This document shows, piece after piece, positions 16,607 to 27,297 of a DNA stretch of 64,000 nucleotides (position 1 is its first letter; each line of letters begins with the position of its first letter). The notes under the pieces are model-generated. The model worked only from the letters and a program-made list of their open reading frames with translations. It had not been told where the DNA came from and did no database searches. Source of the DNA: Escherichia phage kvi; the sequence record MN850615.1; one strand, 5' to 3'. The translations under genes were made by a program, and so were the position numbers.

Positions 16607-17554
16607 TTAGAACTCACCAATTTTCTGTAACATTTTAACTAACGCATTTGTTACAAAATAGTTATAAATTTTACCGCGTGGTGCTGGTTTAGATTTTTCC
16701 CATGCTAACAAAATTTCATATTCGATGTTATCAGGAATAAATTCAAAATCAATAAGTTCGCGGTTTTCGTCAAAGCGTCGTGCTTCTTCCTCTGTCATCA
16801 AAGACTTTGGATCTTCGGCATCGAAAATTTGCTCTAACCATTTGGTTGCAATTGGTTTAGCTCGTTCTCCTTCCAGTCGTGAGATAATGAAATCACTACG
16901 GCACTTGATAGAAGCTACACCGTCTTTTGCGTCACCCTTAACACATTTTACCATAAGGTCTTTGTAAGGGCTACCATATTTGCATTTCTTCCACGCTTTC
17001 TGTACTGGCGACCACTGTTTCACGTTTTTGTATTTGTGCAACTGTGTGTAGTCACCATCGCCGGAGTTGATTAGCACCTGGCGACCTTCTACAGAAAACT
17101 TTTTAGTTAATACAGCGATTATATCATCCGCTTCAACTTTGTCAACCTTAATAACGTGATAAGGCATGTTCTCTTTAAACTCTTCGGTGATCTTATTGAT
17201 CGCAGCAAAGATCATCTCCCAATCACGCGGATCTGCGTCTCGTTTTTCCTTACGGTTGCGTTTATAGTAAGGTGCGATATCACGTCGCCAGTAACCTTTG
17301 CTTGAATCAAAGGCAAGTACCGTAATTGGGTATTGCTCTTTGAATTTTGTCATATTATAACGCATGGTGTCAAGGATAAGATGACGGATCATACCTTCAT
17401 TAATAGGATCTTCCGGTTTAAAGGTATGTGAGATAGTAGCAATCATAAGCTGCGACATATCAATCAAATGCACACCTTCCGGCAGTTTATCTTCTGGATC
17501 ATCGAAGAAATCATTAAGTGTAGCGGTCGTTTTTGTAAATGGGTTATACGTCAT
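16607..17554 (-). CDS. rnh: RNase H / FEN-type 5'-3' exonuclease
   Basis: 315 aa; FEN-1/RNase H fold motifs (EADDIIA, SGDGDYTQL), T4 position before gene 34. Confidence 0.85.
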   Translation of the reverse strand: MTYNPFTKTTATLNDFFDDPEDKLPEGVHLIDMSQLMIATISHTFKPEDPINEGMIRHLILDTMRYNMTKFKEQYPITVLAFDSSKGYWRRDIAPYYKRNRKEKRDADPRDWEMIFAAINKITEEFKENMPYHVIKVDKVEADDIIAVLTKKFSVEGRQVLINSGDGDYTQLHKYKNVKQWSPVQKAWKKCKYGSPYKDLMVKCVKGDAKDGVASIKCRSDFIISRLEGERAKPIATKWLEQIFDAEDPKSLMTEEEARRFDENRELIDFEFIPDNIEYEILLAWEKSKPAPRGKIYNYFVTNALVKMLQKIGEF

Positions 17555-17556
17555 AA

Positions 17557-17742
17557 TTAAGTTCTCTCCACTCTCACAACAACATATTCGCCAAACGAGT
17601 TAGATACTTCACGGTCATACCCGTACTTCTCCATAACTCGCAGAATTGCATTGTTTAATTCGGCGCGGAAATAATTGTAATCCTTATCAGGGATTCTGTC
17701 AACTACCCATTTTGCACCTTCTGACAAATCAACTTTAACCAT
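17557..17742 (-). CDS. hypothetical protein
   Basis: 61-aa ORF coupled to rnh. Confidence 0.4.
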   Translation of the reverse strand: MVKVDLSEGAKWVVDRIPDKDYNYFRAELNNAILRVMEKYGYDREVSNSFGEYVVVRVERT

Positions 17743-17780
17743 AATATATCATCCTCTTTTGTTTCTATCAAGCCTTATTT

Positions 17781-17788
17781 TATAAATA
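17781..17788 (+). promoter_or_regulatory. T4-type late promoter box
   Basis: TATAAATA 29 nt upstream of gene 34 ATG. Confidence 0.55.
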
Positions 17789-17816
17789 TGAACATACTAT
17801 AAAAGGAGACCCAATA

Positions 17817-20800
17817 ATGGCAGATTTTTCTCAACATTTCAAGGCCACATTTGGCTTTGACGCTGGTAATGAAAAGGTCGTCAATGTAGCATTGGCTGAT
17901 AAGAATGTCAACACCGATGCGGTCAACGTTGAATTTTTCAATTACCATAATGGTATTACTCAGTATGACACAACTCGCGGTTATGATCAATACGGAACTA
18001 CAATCTATCAAAACCGTCCGTATTATGCAAAAGAAGATATCACAAAGCCAGCAGGTGATTTTGACCCGACTAAATGGCAAGCACTGCGCACGGACCCACG
18101 TTGGGATTATATTGCAGCAACTTCCGGTGATACTCCTTTACAGTCTGGTGATTATATCGCAGCAGATGGTCAATTTGCAAACTTGACTTTCTCTATGCCA
18201 ACTAAACCAGCAGAGGGAGACACTATAACAGTAAAAGATATCGGTGGCAAGTGTGGTGTTAACGAATTATCGTTCTTGAGTACAGGACATGAGTTTTACC
18301 ATAACGGTAATGTGTACAACCGAAAATGGTATTGCACTACCCCGTATGCAATGAACTATTTCATCTTTGTTCGTAATCGTTGGCATGTTTATCAGACAGG
18401 AACAGAGCCACGCGGTGTGTACGCACAGCCAGCGATTGATGCTATTCAAATGCAGAATGGTGATCAGGTATTTCGTCGTAGTTCGTTGGGTAATATTACC
18501 TTAGTGCTTCCTAAGTTTGCCAACAATGGCGACATGATCCAGACTACAGACCTTGACGGATTAACCGCAACCAACCACGTTACGGTTAAAGTTCATGAGC
18601 ACGCAGAAGAACAATCAATTGGCACGTCCGGTCTAAAAGAGATTATCGGTAAGCGTAGCGGTCATGGTGTATTCATCTTTGACAAGACGGAAAACTTATG
18701 GCGTTTGTGGGATGGTGATCAGTCTGTTCGTCTTAAACCGATCATCGATGACACTCGCTTGCAACCTAATAGCTATGTTGCTGTATTTGGTGATCGTGAT
18801 GTTACTCTGACGCTGCCGACCAATGTCGAGCCGGGTGATCGTATTCAAGTTTCTATGCAGTATATGAACGGAAACCAGAATTGCCGTATTATCACCGCCA
18901 CAGAGGATACAAAAATCCTTATGCAGAAAAACATGGTTCAGTTTCCTAAGCGTAGCGAGTACCCATTCAATGGGACCGATACATGGACGGGAGTATCTGA
19001 ATTATCTTTCAACGCTGCAAATGATTATGTACCTTATCTGGAGTTCTCTTATTCAGAAGGTGATGATGGTAAGAAATACTGGTTGGTGGCACATGCTCAC
19101 CCGATTGTAGAACGAGTAGATCCGACTCGTAAAGATCGTGTTGGTGTAATTGCACTGGCTACCCAGACTGAAACGAATAAAAATCATGAAGATAATCCTA
19201 GCGACGAAGTTGCGGTGACTCCAAAGGTTCTGGCTAATAAAACAGCCAACGAAACTCGACGCGGTATTGCTCGCATTGCGACTCAAGCGGAAACGCATCA
19301 AGATACTGGTTCCAACTTCCTGGATGATGTTATCGTTACGCCTAAAAAGTTAAATGACTGTGTTGCTACCGAAGCCCGTCGTGGTGTGATGGAAATTGCA
19401 ACTCAACATGAAACCAATGAAGGTTTAGACGATACCCGCGCTATTACTCCTAAGAAATTAGAAGAACGTCGCGCTTCCGAAGATCTCGCTGGTATTGCTG
19501 AAATTGTTCAGGCTGGCGGCAGTGCTGCCGCTCGACGTGGCGAAGCTGGTACAGGGATCTATAACATCAATGACCATGCTAAAATTGTTACGCCAAAAAA
19601 CATCAACGAAGTCAAGGCGACCGAAACTTCCCGTGGTGTTGGCTATCTGGCAACTGACGCGGAAGTGCAAGGGGCTACAGAATCAACCCCGCAAGATGCT
19701 TTACTCATCACGACTCGCACGCTAACGAAACGTACTGCTACCGAATCGCGCACTGGTATCGCTGAAATTGCAACTCAGGAAGAAACAAACTTAGGTCAAA
19801 GTGATAACCATATCATCACGCCTAAAAAGCTGCATACTCGCCGCGCAACGGAAACTTTACACGGTTTAGCAGAAATTGCAACTCAGCCGGAATTTGACGC
19901 AGGTCGTGACGATTCTCGCATTTCTACCCCATTGAAGATTAAAACCTTCTTTGAGAATGCACAGCGTTTGAAAGTAGATCCGACTCAGGGGCTTAACCTT
20001 ACTGGTGATTTGTGGCAAGGTATCATGATCAGCGGTCTGGATGCAACCGAAGACACAAAAGGTGTCGCTAAAGTTGCTACTACTCAGCTTACGGATGCGG
20101 GTCAAGATGATACTACAATCATCACGCCTAAAAAGCTGCAAGGCAAAAAGGCAACCGAAGGTAAAGAAGGTATTATCCGAGTTGGTACTCAAGCCGAAAC
20201 CGTGGCTGGTGCACTGGCTAATGTAGCAATTTCTCCGAAGAACTTCAAATATGTTGTTCAGACAGAGGATACATGGAAAGCAACCGAATCGCGTCGTGGC
20301 TTCTTGAAAGTTGCTACTCAGGAAAACTGTTTTGTTGGTGATAATCTGCAAGGTTCTACTCAAGAACTAGGAAACTACCAGCATGACGGAATTGCTGTTA
20401 CCCCGAAAGGATTAAACTACGCACTTGCTAATTTCTTACCTAAGATGGCAACCGCTCAGAATAGTTTGAAATTGGGTAACGTAGAGGCCGCTAAATGGGC
20501 GCGTAGAGACATTGACCAGACCATAGAGAGCAATTACACGTTTAATAAAAAAGTTAACGTGAAGGGCGATTTAGAGTGCTTAAAATCAGGTTCCTTTGAA
20601 ACTCTGTCTGTGACTAAGAACTCGACCGATGTTCCGAGTAATGGTCATCTGGTGTTGGGTGAGCGTGGAGTTGACGGTCACACCGGAATTACTCTGCATG
20701 GCACAACCGCATCGGAAGGCATGAAAAACTCTTGGTCTATTATCGTTGGTGGTACTGGAACAGCGCAAGTTGTTGATAGTGATGCTATCGCTTTCGGTAA

Positions 20801-21557
20801 AATCAATGATGGTGGAGTCGTTGAGCATTACGCCTTTGCTATGAAACACAATGGCGACGCGACAGCATATAGAGACTTTATTGCAGGTCGTAACCTGTAT
20901 GCGAAACAAGGCGGTTTATACATTGTTGACCAGTCTAATCCGGCAATGACTCGTTCCCCAGATGGTATGCTGAATATCGGTCACGGTGGAAGTGTTAACA
21001 TCAAGGCAGGGCATCAAACGTTAACTACAGAGATCGCCGGACAGAAGTATCAGATCGTACACGCAGGAAACGCTGACGAAGTTCTTAACCGTCAGTTTGT
21101 TAAGAATGCTGGCGATACAATGGTCGGTAAGCTGACTATGGATAATGCGCCTATTGTTTCTGTTAAGCATGAAGCTAGCGCGGCAACCGCTCCGGCAATC
21201 GGTAACATCGGTTTCTGGAATATGCGAGTTACTACCCAGAACATCAAAGAAACTTATCCAGAGAAGAAAAACGGTACTCTGATGCAATGGGGTACTGACG
21301 CGGACGGGCTTACCCAGCTTTGGTCCCCTGATGGTACTCATAAACATTATATCCGTTCCGGTACTGGTGGTCAATGGACCGCATGGGGTGAAATTTACAC
21401 CAAACAGAATAAGCCTACCGCTCAGGAAATCGGGGCAGTAGTTGCAGAAGGTGGTTTAATGAACTCTATGACGGTTCGTGACTGGATCAAAGTTGGTAAT
21501 GTTAAAATCATCGCCAATAATCTGACTCGTACCGTAGACTTTATTTGGGAAGACTAA
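17817..21557 (+). CDS. 34: long tail fibre proximal subunit gp34
   Basis: 1246 aa; repeated ...ITPKKL..R.ATE..RG.AEIATQ.E... fibre repeats; size and position as T4 gp34. Confidence 0.9.
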   Translation: MADFSQHFKATFGFDAGNEKVVNVALADKNVNTDAVNVEFFNYHNGITQYDTTRGYDQYGTTIYQNRPYYAKEDITKPAGDFDPTKWQALRTDPRWDYIAATSGDTPLQSGDYIAADGQFANLTFSMPTKPAEGDTITVKDIGGKCGVNELSFLSTGHEFYHNGNVYNRKWYCTTPYAMNYFIFVRNRWHVYQTGTEPRGVYAQPAIDAIQMQNGDQVFRRSSLGNITLVLPKFANNGDMIQTTDLDGLTATNHVTVKVHEHAEEQSIGTSGLKEIIGKRSGHGVFIFDKTENLWRLWDGDQSVRLKPIIDDTRLQPNSYVAVFGDRDVTLTLPTNVEPGDRIQVSMQYMNGNQNCRIITATEDTKILMQKNMVQFPKRSEYPFNGTDTWTGVSELSFNAANDYVPYLEFSYSEGDDGKKYWLVAHAHPIVERVDPTRKDRVGVIALATQTETNKNHEDNPSDEVAVTPKVLANKTANETRRGIARIATQAETHQDTGSNFLDDVIVTPKKLNDCVATEARRGVMEIATQHETNEGLDDTRAITPKKLEERRASEDLAGIAEIVQAGGSAAARRGEAGTGIYNINDHAKIVTPKNINEVKATETSRGVGYLATDAEVQGATESTPQDALLITTRTLTKRTATESRTGIAEIATQEETNLGQSDNHIITPKKLHTRRATETLHGLAEIATQPEFDAGRDDSRISTPLKIKTFFENAQRLKVDPTQGLNLTGDLWQGIMISGLDATEDTKGVAKVATTQLTDAGQDDTTIITPKKLQGKKATEGKEGIIRVGTQAETVAGALANVAISPKNFKYVVQTEDTWKATESRRGFLKVATQENCFVGDNLQGSTQELGNYQHDGIAVTPKGLNYALANFLPKMATAQNSLKLGNVEAAKWARRDIDQTIESNYTFNKKVNVKGDLECLKSGSFETLSVTKNSTDVPSNGHLVLGERGVDGHTGITLHGTTASEGMKNSWSIIVGGTGTAQVVDSDAIAFGKINDGGVVEHYAFAMKHNGDATAYRDFIAGRNLYAKQGGLYIVDQSNPAMTRSPDGMLNIGHGGSVNIKAGHQTLTTEIAGQKYQIVHAGNADEVLNRQFVKNAGDTMVGKLTMDNAPIVSVKHEASAATAPAIGNIGFWNMRVTTQNIKETYPEKKNGTLMQWGTDADGLTQLWSPDGTHKHYIRSGTGGQWTAWGEIYTKQNKPTAQEIGAVVAEGGLMNSMTVRDWIKVGNVKIIANNLTRTVDFIWED

Positions 21558-21563
21558 TTAAAG

Positions 21564-21579
21564 GGGGCGAAAGCCCCCT
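21564..21579 (+). promoter_or_regulatory. GNRA-loop G5/C5 RNA hairpin upstream of gene 35
   Basis: GGGGGC-GAAA-GCCCCC then TATGGGGTTATTATG; same element as 10148-10163. Confidence 0.4.
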
Positions 21580-21590
21580 ATGGGGTTATT

Positions 21591-22730
21591 ATGACACAAG
21601 AGATAGAATTACGCAACACTGGAATTAGGTTTGCGCATTTCGACGAAGACTCTGCGACATTTACCAGCATTTCAGAAAATAACTCTGTGATGTATAAGCT
21701 GGAAGTGCGCGGATCTAATGCGGATTCTACCAAACCAGCAAGAATTAGATTTAATGGAGTGGAGATCGTCGGGACTGGCTATGAGACTGGCCTAAACTTT
21801 AAAGTTTTTACTCCAACTGGACAATTGCACGAAGAAAAGGTATTCTATGGTCGTGGTGCTGTATTGGCAATGCGTGATTATCTTTATTTGCTAAAAGGCG
21901 ACTATATCATTGCGATGGCAACGCATGGAGAATTGTTTGCAGATCCGATAAGTGATGATATATTTTCTAAGCTGGGATCTGTATCATTCCCGAATCACAT
22001 TTTGCTACAGCAAATGCCTCGTGTATCCTATGCAGCAATTTATTCTACTAAAATGGGTAAAATTGTGTGCGAAGGGATGCAAGCAACTCACGGGGAAGGT
22101 CAAGATTCGTCTATACAGATCGAGAAAGTTTATGATACTATAGACGATCTTGCAATAACAGGAACACCACAACGATTTTTAGATTATCCGGTTGAGTATG
22201 TTAGCGAAGATTCCGAACATTTCGAGCTAATACAATGGCCTCGTGATGAGACCAGCGCCCCACTTGAGGATTTTAACATAAAGGCAGGTGACAAACTATC
22301 AATATCCTTTGAATTGTTCCGTGATAGTGCCGCAGCCGCAGCCAACGTAACAGCGCGTTTCTATCACAACTACTTCACCGATGGACAATATCAAACTGGT
22401 GTTCGATACAATGCCAGCAAAAAAGACCAATGGGAAAAGTTTGAAGCCGTCTATACCGTACCGGAAGGAGTTGATAGTGTAGTAACTGGTTGTATCAGAT
22501 ATCCAACCAACTCCAATGAAGGTATTGTTAAAATTAGAAACATACTAATAACGCCGATCAGTGGAGTCGTCAAAACTACTGGTCCTACTTCATTTGGTGT
22601 TAATGGTGTTAGAACAACTCATATTCAGGATAACGGTGATTTTACTAACCCTGTAATGAGTCTTCTTAAACTACCCAGAGATAATAAACACATCACATCC
22701 AACAACTTTAAAGAGTTCGATGTTGATTAA
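21591..22730 (+). CDS. 35: long tail fibre hinge/connector gp35
   Basis: 379 aa; synteny between 34 and 36. Confidence 0.65.
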   Translation: MTQEIELRNTGIRFAHFDEDSATFTSISENNSVMYKLEVRGSNADSTKPARIRFNGVEIVGTGYETGLNFKVFTPTGQLHEEKVFYGRGAVLAMRDYLYLLKGDYIIAMATHGELFADPISDDIFSKLGSVSFPNHILLQQMPRVSYAAIYSTKMGKIVCEGMQATHGEGQDSSIQIEKVYDTIDDLAITGTPQRFLDYPVEYVSEDSEHFELIQWPRDETSAPLEDFNIKAGDKLSISFELFRDSAAAAANVTARFYHNYFTDGQYQTGVRYNASKKDQWEKFEAVYTVPEGVDSVVTGCIRYPTNSNEGIVKIRNILITPISGVVKTTGPTSFGVNGVRTTHIQDNGDFTNPVMSLLKLPRDNKHITSNNFKEFDVD

Positions 22731-22742
22731 CATTTTTAACAA

Positions 22743-22772
22743 GCCGATCCATGTGGTCGGCTTTATTTTTAT
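22743..22772 (+). terminator. rho-independent terminator after gene 35
   Basis: GCCGATC-CATGT-GGTCGGC + TTTATTTTTAT. Confidence 0.6.
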
Positions 22773-22891
22773 ACAGTTGGTTAAATTGTAACCAAAACGA
22801 AGAAAGATCTTTAGAATAATAGAAAATTTGTTTCGGTTAAAAAGTAGTCAGTGCCTACGGCACGTCGCGAAGCGATATTTTGTTAACATTC

Positions 22892-22899
22892 TATAAATA
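22892..22899 (+). promoter_or_regulatory. T4-type late promoter box
   Basis: TATAAATA 34 nt upstream of gene 36 ATG. Confidence 0.55.
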
Positions 22900-22932
22900 C
22901 TCGGAACTATAACTAATTTTTGAGGTTACTTT

Positions 22933-24423
22933 ATGGCAGATTTGAAATATGGATCTACTGTAGGTGGATCTCCCATTTGGACGCAAGGAAACTTGACGAT
23001 CCAGCCAGCGGGGGATCAGCTTTTCTACAAAGGTCATAAAATCTATACCGCTTTTGATAAACCTTCGGCTGCCGATTTTGATGCTGTTAGTGCATCCGAA
23101 GGTGGCACATTTCAAAAGCAAGTTCATTTCGAGGAAGGTTTAAGCGTAGGTAGCGCATCGGCTGGAGAAACCAAAAAGAACGGGATCTTTAAAGGAAATA
23201 GTGATGCGGCTAACTTTGATGGTGTAAGTTGGGGTTTGCATTCGTGGAAATCTATTGGTTTTGTTAATGCCCGTGATGGCGTTATCATGGCTTATATTGA
23301 CACTACCACAGGTGATTTTAAAACTAAAGGGACTATCGAAGGGACAACCATTAAAGACACAGGTCAACGCGTCTATAGCCCTGTTAATAAACCAACGAAT
23401 AATGATTTAGATTTGGTGTCTCGTCGCGGTGATACCCTCACAGGAACATATAATTTAAACACTGTCACTGTTAAACTATCGGTTGATTCGAAATTAATTG
23501 CAAGGGAACGTGATTTAATTAATTTTGATGCGACTAAGATCTATTATGGTAACGTTCTTGATACGTTGGTCTTCCGAAGTAAAGATGAGCCTACCATTTT
23601 TGTTAATGGTAAAGAAGGTCGTTTTTATCACACCAACAATAAACCAACTAAAGCCGATGTGGGACTAGGCAATGTCACCAATGATGCACAGGTTAAACGT
23701 GCTGGTGATATTATGGAAGGTAACTTGCAAGCGCCTAGAATGTTGGCGACAAACGATCCGGCTGGTCCTAATGAATTGGTTCGTTTGAGCTACTTTGAGA
23801 AAAAATCAATGGTAGCAAATCCATCCATCATTGGAAACGTTGATTGGAACACTCTTATTAATCGCGGTATCTATCGTGTGGAAAATGCTGGGTCGGGTAC
23901 TAATAAACCGTCTGATAGCTATTATAACGGCGTTTTGATGGTATATCGCCCAGAAGATGCTGTCGGTACTCGTCGAATTGTTCAGGTATACTATCCTGAA
24001 TCTATTGATCATCCGATGTGCTGGCGTTCTTGTTCTAATGAATCATGGACTGTATGGAACTATGTAGATCACCGTAAATTGGCTGATATTCGCTATGTTA
24101 ACGTAACTGGCGATACCATGACAGGACCGTTAACTGTTCCGGCGGCAAATGGCGTTAAAACGGCTAGCGGTGCATATAATGGTGATAACTACTATGCTGG
24201 ACTTAATAGCTTAAATGGTACAGCAATGATTCATCGTGTTAGCGATATTAAAGCGCACGAGAAACTAGGAATCACACATGATTCTAAAATTATTTTCGTT
24301 AAATCTCGTGGCAATACTCAGGACACCGATACCTTTGAATTATACCACGAAGGACATAAACCAACTCCTGATGAGGTTGGCGCGGTTCCGCTCAATGCGG
24401 TAATTGATTTTGGTACTTTCTAA
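22933..24423 (+). CDS. 36: long tail fibre distal subunit gp36 (enlarged)
   Basis: 496 aa; repeated NKPT..D.GL / HKPTPDEVGA motifs typical of distal fibre proteins. Confidence 0.65.
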   Translation: MADLKYGSTVGGSPIWTQGNLTIQPAGDQLFYKGHKIYTAFDKPSAADFDAVSASEGGTFQKQVHFEEGLSVGSASAGETKKNGIFKGNSDAANFDGVSWGLHSWKSIGFVNARDGVIMAYIDTTTGDFKTKGTIEGTTIKDTGQRVYSPVNKPTNNDLDLVSRRGDTLTGTYNLNTVTVKLSVDSKLIARERDLINFDATKIYYGNVLDTLVFRSKDEPTIFVNGKEGRFYHTNNKPTKADVGLGNVTNDAQVKRAGDIMEGNLQAPRMLATNDPAGPNELVRLSYFEKKSMVANPSIIGNVDWNTLINRGIYRVENAGSGTNKPSDSYYNGVLMVYRPEDAVGTRRIVQVYYPESIDHPMCWRSCSNESWTVWNYVDHRKLADIRYVNVTGDTMTGPLTVPAANGVKTASGAYNGDNYYAGLNSLNGTAMIHRVSDIKAHEKLGITHDSKIIFVKSRGNTQDTDTFELYHEGHKPTPDEVGAVPLNAVIDFGTF

Positions 24424-24427
24424 TATT

Positions 24428-24452
24428 AGCGGGGATTCTCCCCGCTTTTCTA
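24428..24452 (+). terminator. hairpin terminator/attenuator after gene 36
   Basis: AGCGGGGA-TTC-TCCCCGCT + TTTCT. Confidence 0.45.
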
Positions 24453-24491
24453 AATAATATTATTCTAATAACCGTTTAAGGATTTTATAAA

Positions 24492-27260
24492 ATGGCAGAT
24501 TTAAACAGAATCCAGTTTAAACGCACTAGCGCAGCCGGACGTAAACCGGATGCTGGTACGATGAATCCGGGAGAGTTGGCAATTAACTTAGCAGACCAAT
24601 ATCTGCTTACAAAAAATGATGATGGGCAAATTGTTAATTTAAGCTGCCCTCCTGTTTATGATAAAGGCTTTAATGTAAACGGTCGTGTTGTTGTAGATGA
24701 CCTTGTGTGGAGTAATACCGCAAACTATTTCGATGATCCGACCGCACGAAATCTTGATAAATTTGGGGCGTTTCGTACTAATGATATGGATGGTCATCTA
24801 GCATTGGCTTTGCATATTCCCCATCCTAGCGGTATAAATCATGCTCGTGGGTTGGATTTTACTTATGGTTCTAACGTTGTTCCTACTGTAAAAACCTATG
24901 GTTATAACGCTGATGGTGTATTGGCATATTCATATCGCATGTATCACGAAGGTGATAAGCCTAGTCCGTCAGAATTGAATGTGTACAGCAAACAAGAAGT
25001 AGATCGGATGTTCCAGAAGACCATCAACTTTGGTGTAGAAACTGGATGGTTTAAAATTGCTACCGCCATTATTCCGCAAAATGATGGACGTAGCTTGAAA
25101 ATTAGATTGATTGGTGGAAATGGGTGGAACGTAGGACAAACTGGACAATGTAATATTATTGAACTTGTTATAAGGACTAGCAACGGTTCGCCTAAAGGAA
25201 TTAACTTTGTTGCGTATCATCATGTTTCTGGTTACGAGAATCAATTTTGTGCCATTAATACAAGTGATGACACTTATGATATCTATGCATATTACTTCGA
25301 ATTTACTAATATGGTAATGGCTGAATATCAAGCGTCTACCGGTGTTAATTTAACTGTACTTGATCGACCTGAATATGTAGGCGAAAAACCTGTAGCTGAT
25401 CATATCTATGATGCATATACAATACACTCCTTTAACAGTTTCAGTAACCGTGGGACATTAAATTTTGCTGGAAACCATCAAGGCCAATATGACATTGAGC
25501 ATATGAACGAACAACCGACAAATGCTAAAAATATGTTGCGTCGGTTTAGAAGCTCTGCTCTTGCCACTATCTGGCATGAAACCGTTGATGACCAGAATTA
25601 TCGTCTTGCCACTGGCAGTACAGATTCAGGTCAACAATTATTGCTGACAACAACCGGGTTACATGTCAAGAGATTAACATTGGATGGTGGTGCTGCGGGT
25701 GGAAATGCTGGTATTGATATTCGTCGAGGACCAAACGAAGCAAGCCATTTTAATTTTATGGATTATCGCACTGGTCAAGATGTTCGTAATGGCTGGTTTG
25801 GTTTTGGTGATTTGACGACCAAAGATTTTATTTGGTGGAACGATAACGGTCAAAACTCGATAAACTTGGTCGAAAACGGTGAATTACAGATTTCTGGTGG
25901 TAAAGGCCAGAAAATTGTAATGAATAGCGAAGTTGCATTATCTGAAAATGCTCGTTTGGCTGTTAGAGGTGGTAATTATGGCGTGATATTCCGTAATGAT
26001 GGAACGAGCTTTCATCTGCTTACTACCGATTTAAAAGATTCTTTTGGTAATTGGAATAATCGCAGACCGTTCAGTTATGATTTCGCCACTGGTGGATTAT
26101 ATTTAGGTGGTACTGACACCGCACGTTGTTTGCATCTGGGAATTGATGGTAGTACCCGTATCGAGGATAACTTAGTTTTCAGGGCGGGATCTCGTCAATC
26201 AATGGACTACTTAGAATTTGTTCATTGGGGGGCAAGCAATGTAGGTCGAAATAACGTTTTAAGTCTTCGTGACTCAAAAGGGTTTTTAGCAGAATTTGAG
26301 CGTAAAGGTGATAACACCATTCAAAATACATTCTTCGGAAGATTTAAAGTCAATGGTGATTCTAACGTTATTACCATTAATGCTCCTACTGATTCTGATG
26401 CTGTTTATGTGAAAGGTACTTGTAATGATGTAGATAACTGGTATATCGGTAAAGGTGGTGCTGGTAATGGATTAGTTTTTTGTAGTTATAAGACTAATGC
26501 GGCTGTTCATCTCACAGATAATGGTGAGATAGCACTTGCGCCACAAAATTTTAATAATGTTAGTATTAGCAAAGACCGCATCTATATAAACGCTACACAG
26601 TGGGTTGCTAATCATTCCGGTGCATGGGACGGACAATGGCGCGAAGAAGCACCTATCTTTGTTGATCAGGGTAGTGTTGGAGAAGATAGCTATTATCCAC
26701 TTATTAAAGGACATAGCCAGATCACAGGTCAAGGTTATTCTACTAAGGTTGACTTTGGCTTACGTCGTACTCCCCAAACATGGGGACAAGCTGTTATTCG
26801 TGTTGGTTCTGCGGAAAACTCGCCAGCGGCTGGTCATCCTCAAGCTGTATTCGAGTTCCATCATGATGGTACTTTCTATTCTCCGGGTAATGGTAACTTT
26901 AACGATGTTTATATTCGTTCTGATGACCGTCTTAAGATTAATAAAGAAGAGTTAGAAAACGGAGCACTTGAAAAAGTATGCCGTCTGAAAGTTTATACTT
27001 ACGATAAAGTTAAGTCTATTAAAGATCGTAGTGTGATTAAACGTGAAGCTGGTATTATTGCTCAGGATCTTGAAAAAGAATTGCCGGAAGCTGTATCGAA
27101 AGTTGAAGTTGATGGATCTGACGTACTGACAATTTCTAACTCGGCAGTGAATGCTCTTTTAATTAAGGCTATTCAGGAAATGAGTGAAGAAATTAAAGAA
27201 TTGAAAACTCCTTTCTTTACTAAAATTGCTCGCAAAATTAGTAAATATTTTAAATTCTAA
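24492..27260 (+). CDS. 37: long tail fibre distal subunit gp37 with C-terminal intramolecular chaperone domain
   Basis: 922 aa; fibre repeats; C-terminal ~110 aa (DDRLKINKEELENG...AIQEMSEEIKELK) resembles autocleaving chaperone domain. Confidence 0.8.
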   Translation: MADLNRIQFKRTSAAGRKPDAGTMNPGELAINLADQYLLTKNDDGQIVNLSCPPVYDKGFNVNGRVVVDDLVWSNTANYFDDPTARNLDKFGAFRTNDMDGHLALALHIPHPSGINHARGLDFTYGSNVVPTVKTYGYNADGVLAYSYRMYHEGDKPSPSELNVYSKQEVDRMFQKTINFGVETGWFKIATAIIPQNDGRSLKIRLIGGNGWNVGQTGQCNIIELVIRTSNGSPKGINFVAYHHVSGYENQFCAINTSDDTYDIYAYYFEFTNMVMAEYQASTGVNLTVLDRPEYVGEKPVADHIYDAYTIHSFNSFSNRGTLNFAGNHQGQYDIEHMNEQPTNAKNMLRRFRSSALATIWHETVDDQNYRLATGSTDSGQQLLLTTTGLHVKRLTLDGGAAGGNAGIDIRRGPNEASHFNFMDYRTGQDVRNGWFGFGDLTTKDFIWWNDNGQNSINLVENGELQISGGKGQKIVMNSEVALSENARLAVRGGNYGVIFRNDGTSFHLLTTDLKDSFGNWNNRRPFSYDFATGGLYLGGTDTARCLHLGIDGSTRIEDNLVFRAGSRQSMDYLEFVHWGASNVGRNNVLSLRDSKGFLAEFERKGDNTIQNTFFGRFKVNGDSNVITINAPTDSDAVYVKGTCNDVDNWYIGKGGAGNGLVFCSYKTNAAVHLTDNGEIALAPQNFNNVSISKDRIYINATQWVANHSGAWDGQWREEAPIFVDQGSVGEDSYYPLIKGHSQITGQGYSTKVDFGLRRTPQTWGQAVIRVGSAENSPAAGHPQAVFEFHHDGTFYSPGNGNFNDVYIRSDDRLKINKEELENGALEKVCRLKVYTYDKVKSIKDRSVIKREAGIIAQDLEKELPEAVSKVEVDGSDVLTISNSAVNALLIKAIQEMSEEIKELKTPFFTKIARKISKYFKF

Positions 27261-27297
27261 CAACAAGGGGGCAACGCCCCCCTTTGGAGTATAAATT

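Noticed and set aside
19866-20363. Minus-strand ORFs inside the tail-fibre genes (for example 19866..20363, 24969..25331, 26472..26732)
   Set aside because: Antisense to long, motif-rich fibre ORFs; no independent signals.
22730-22933. Possible tRNA or small RNA gene in the 200-bp gap between genes 35 and 36
   Set aside because: Gap is accounted for by a terminator hairpin and a TATAAATA late promoter; no cloverleaf-compatible sequence seen.
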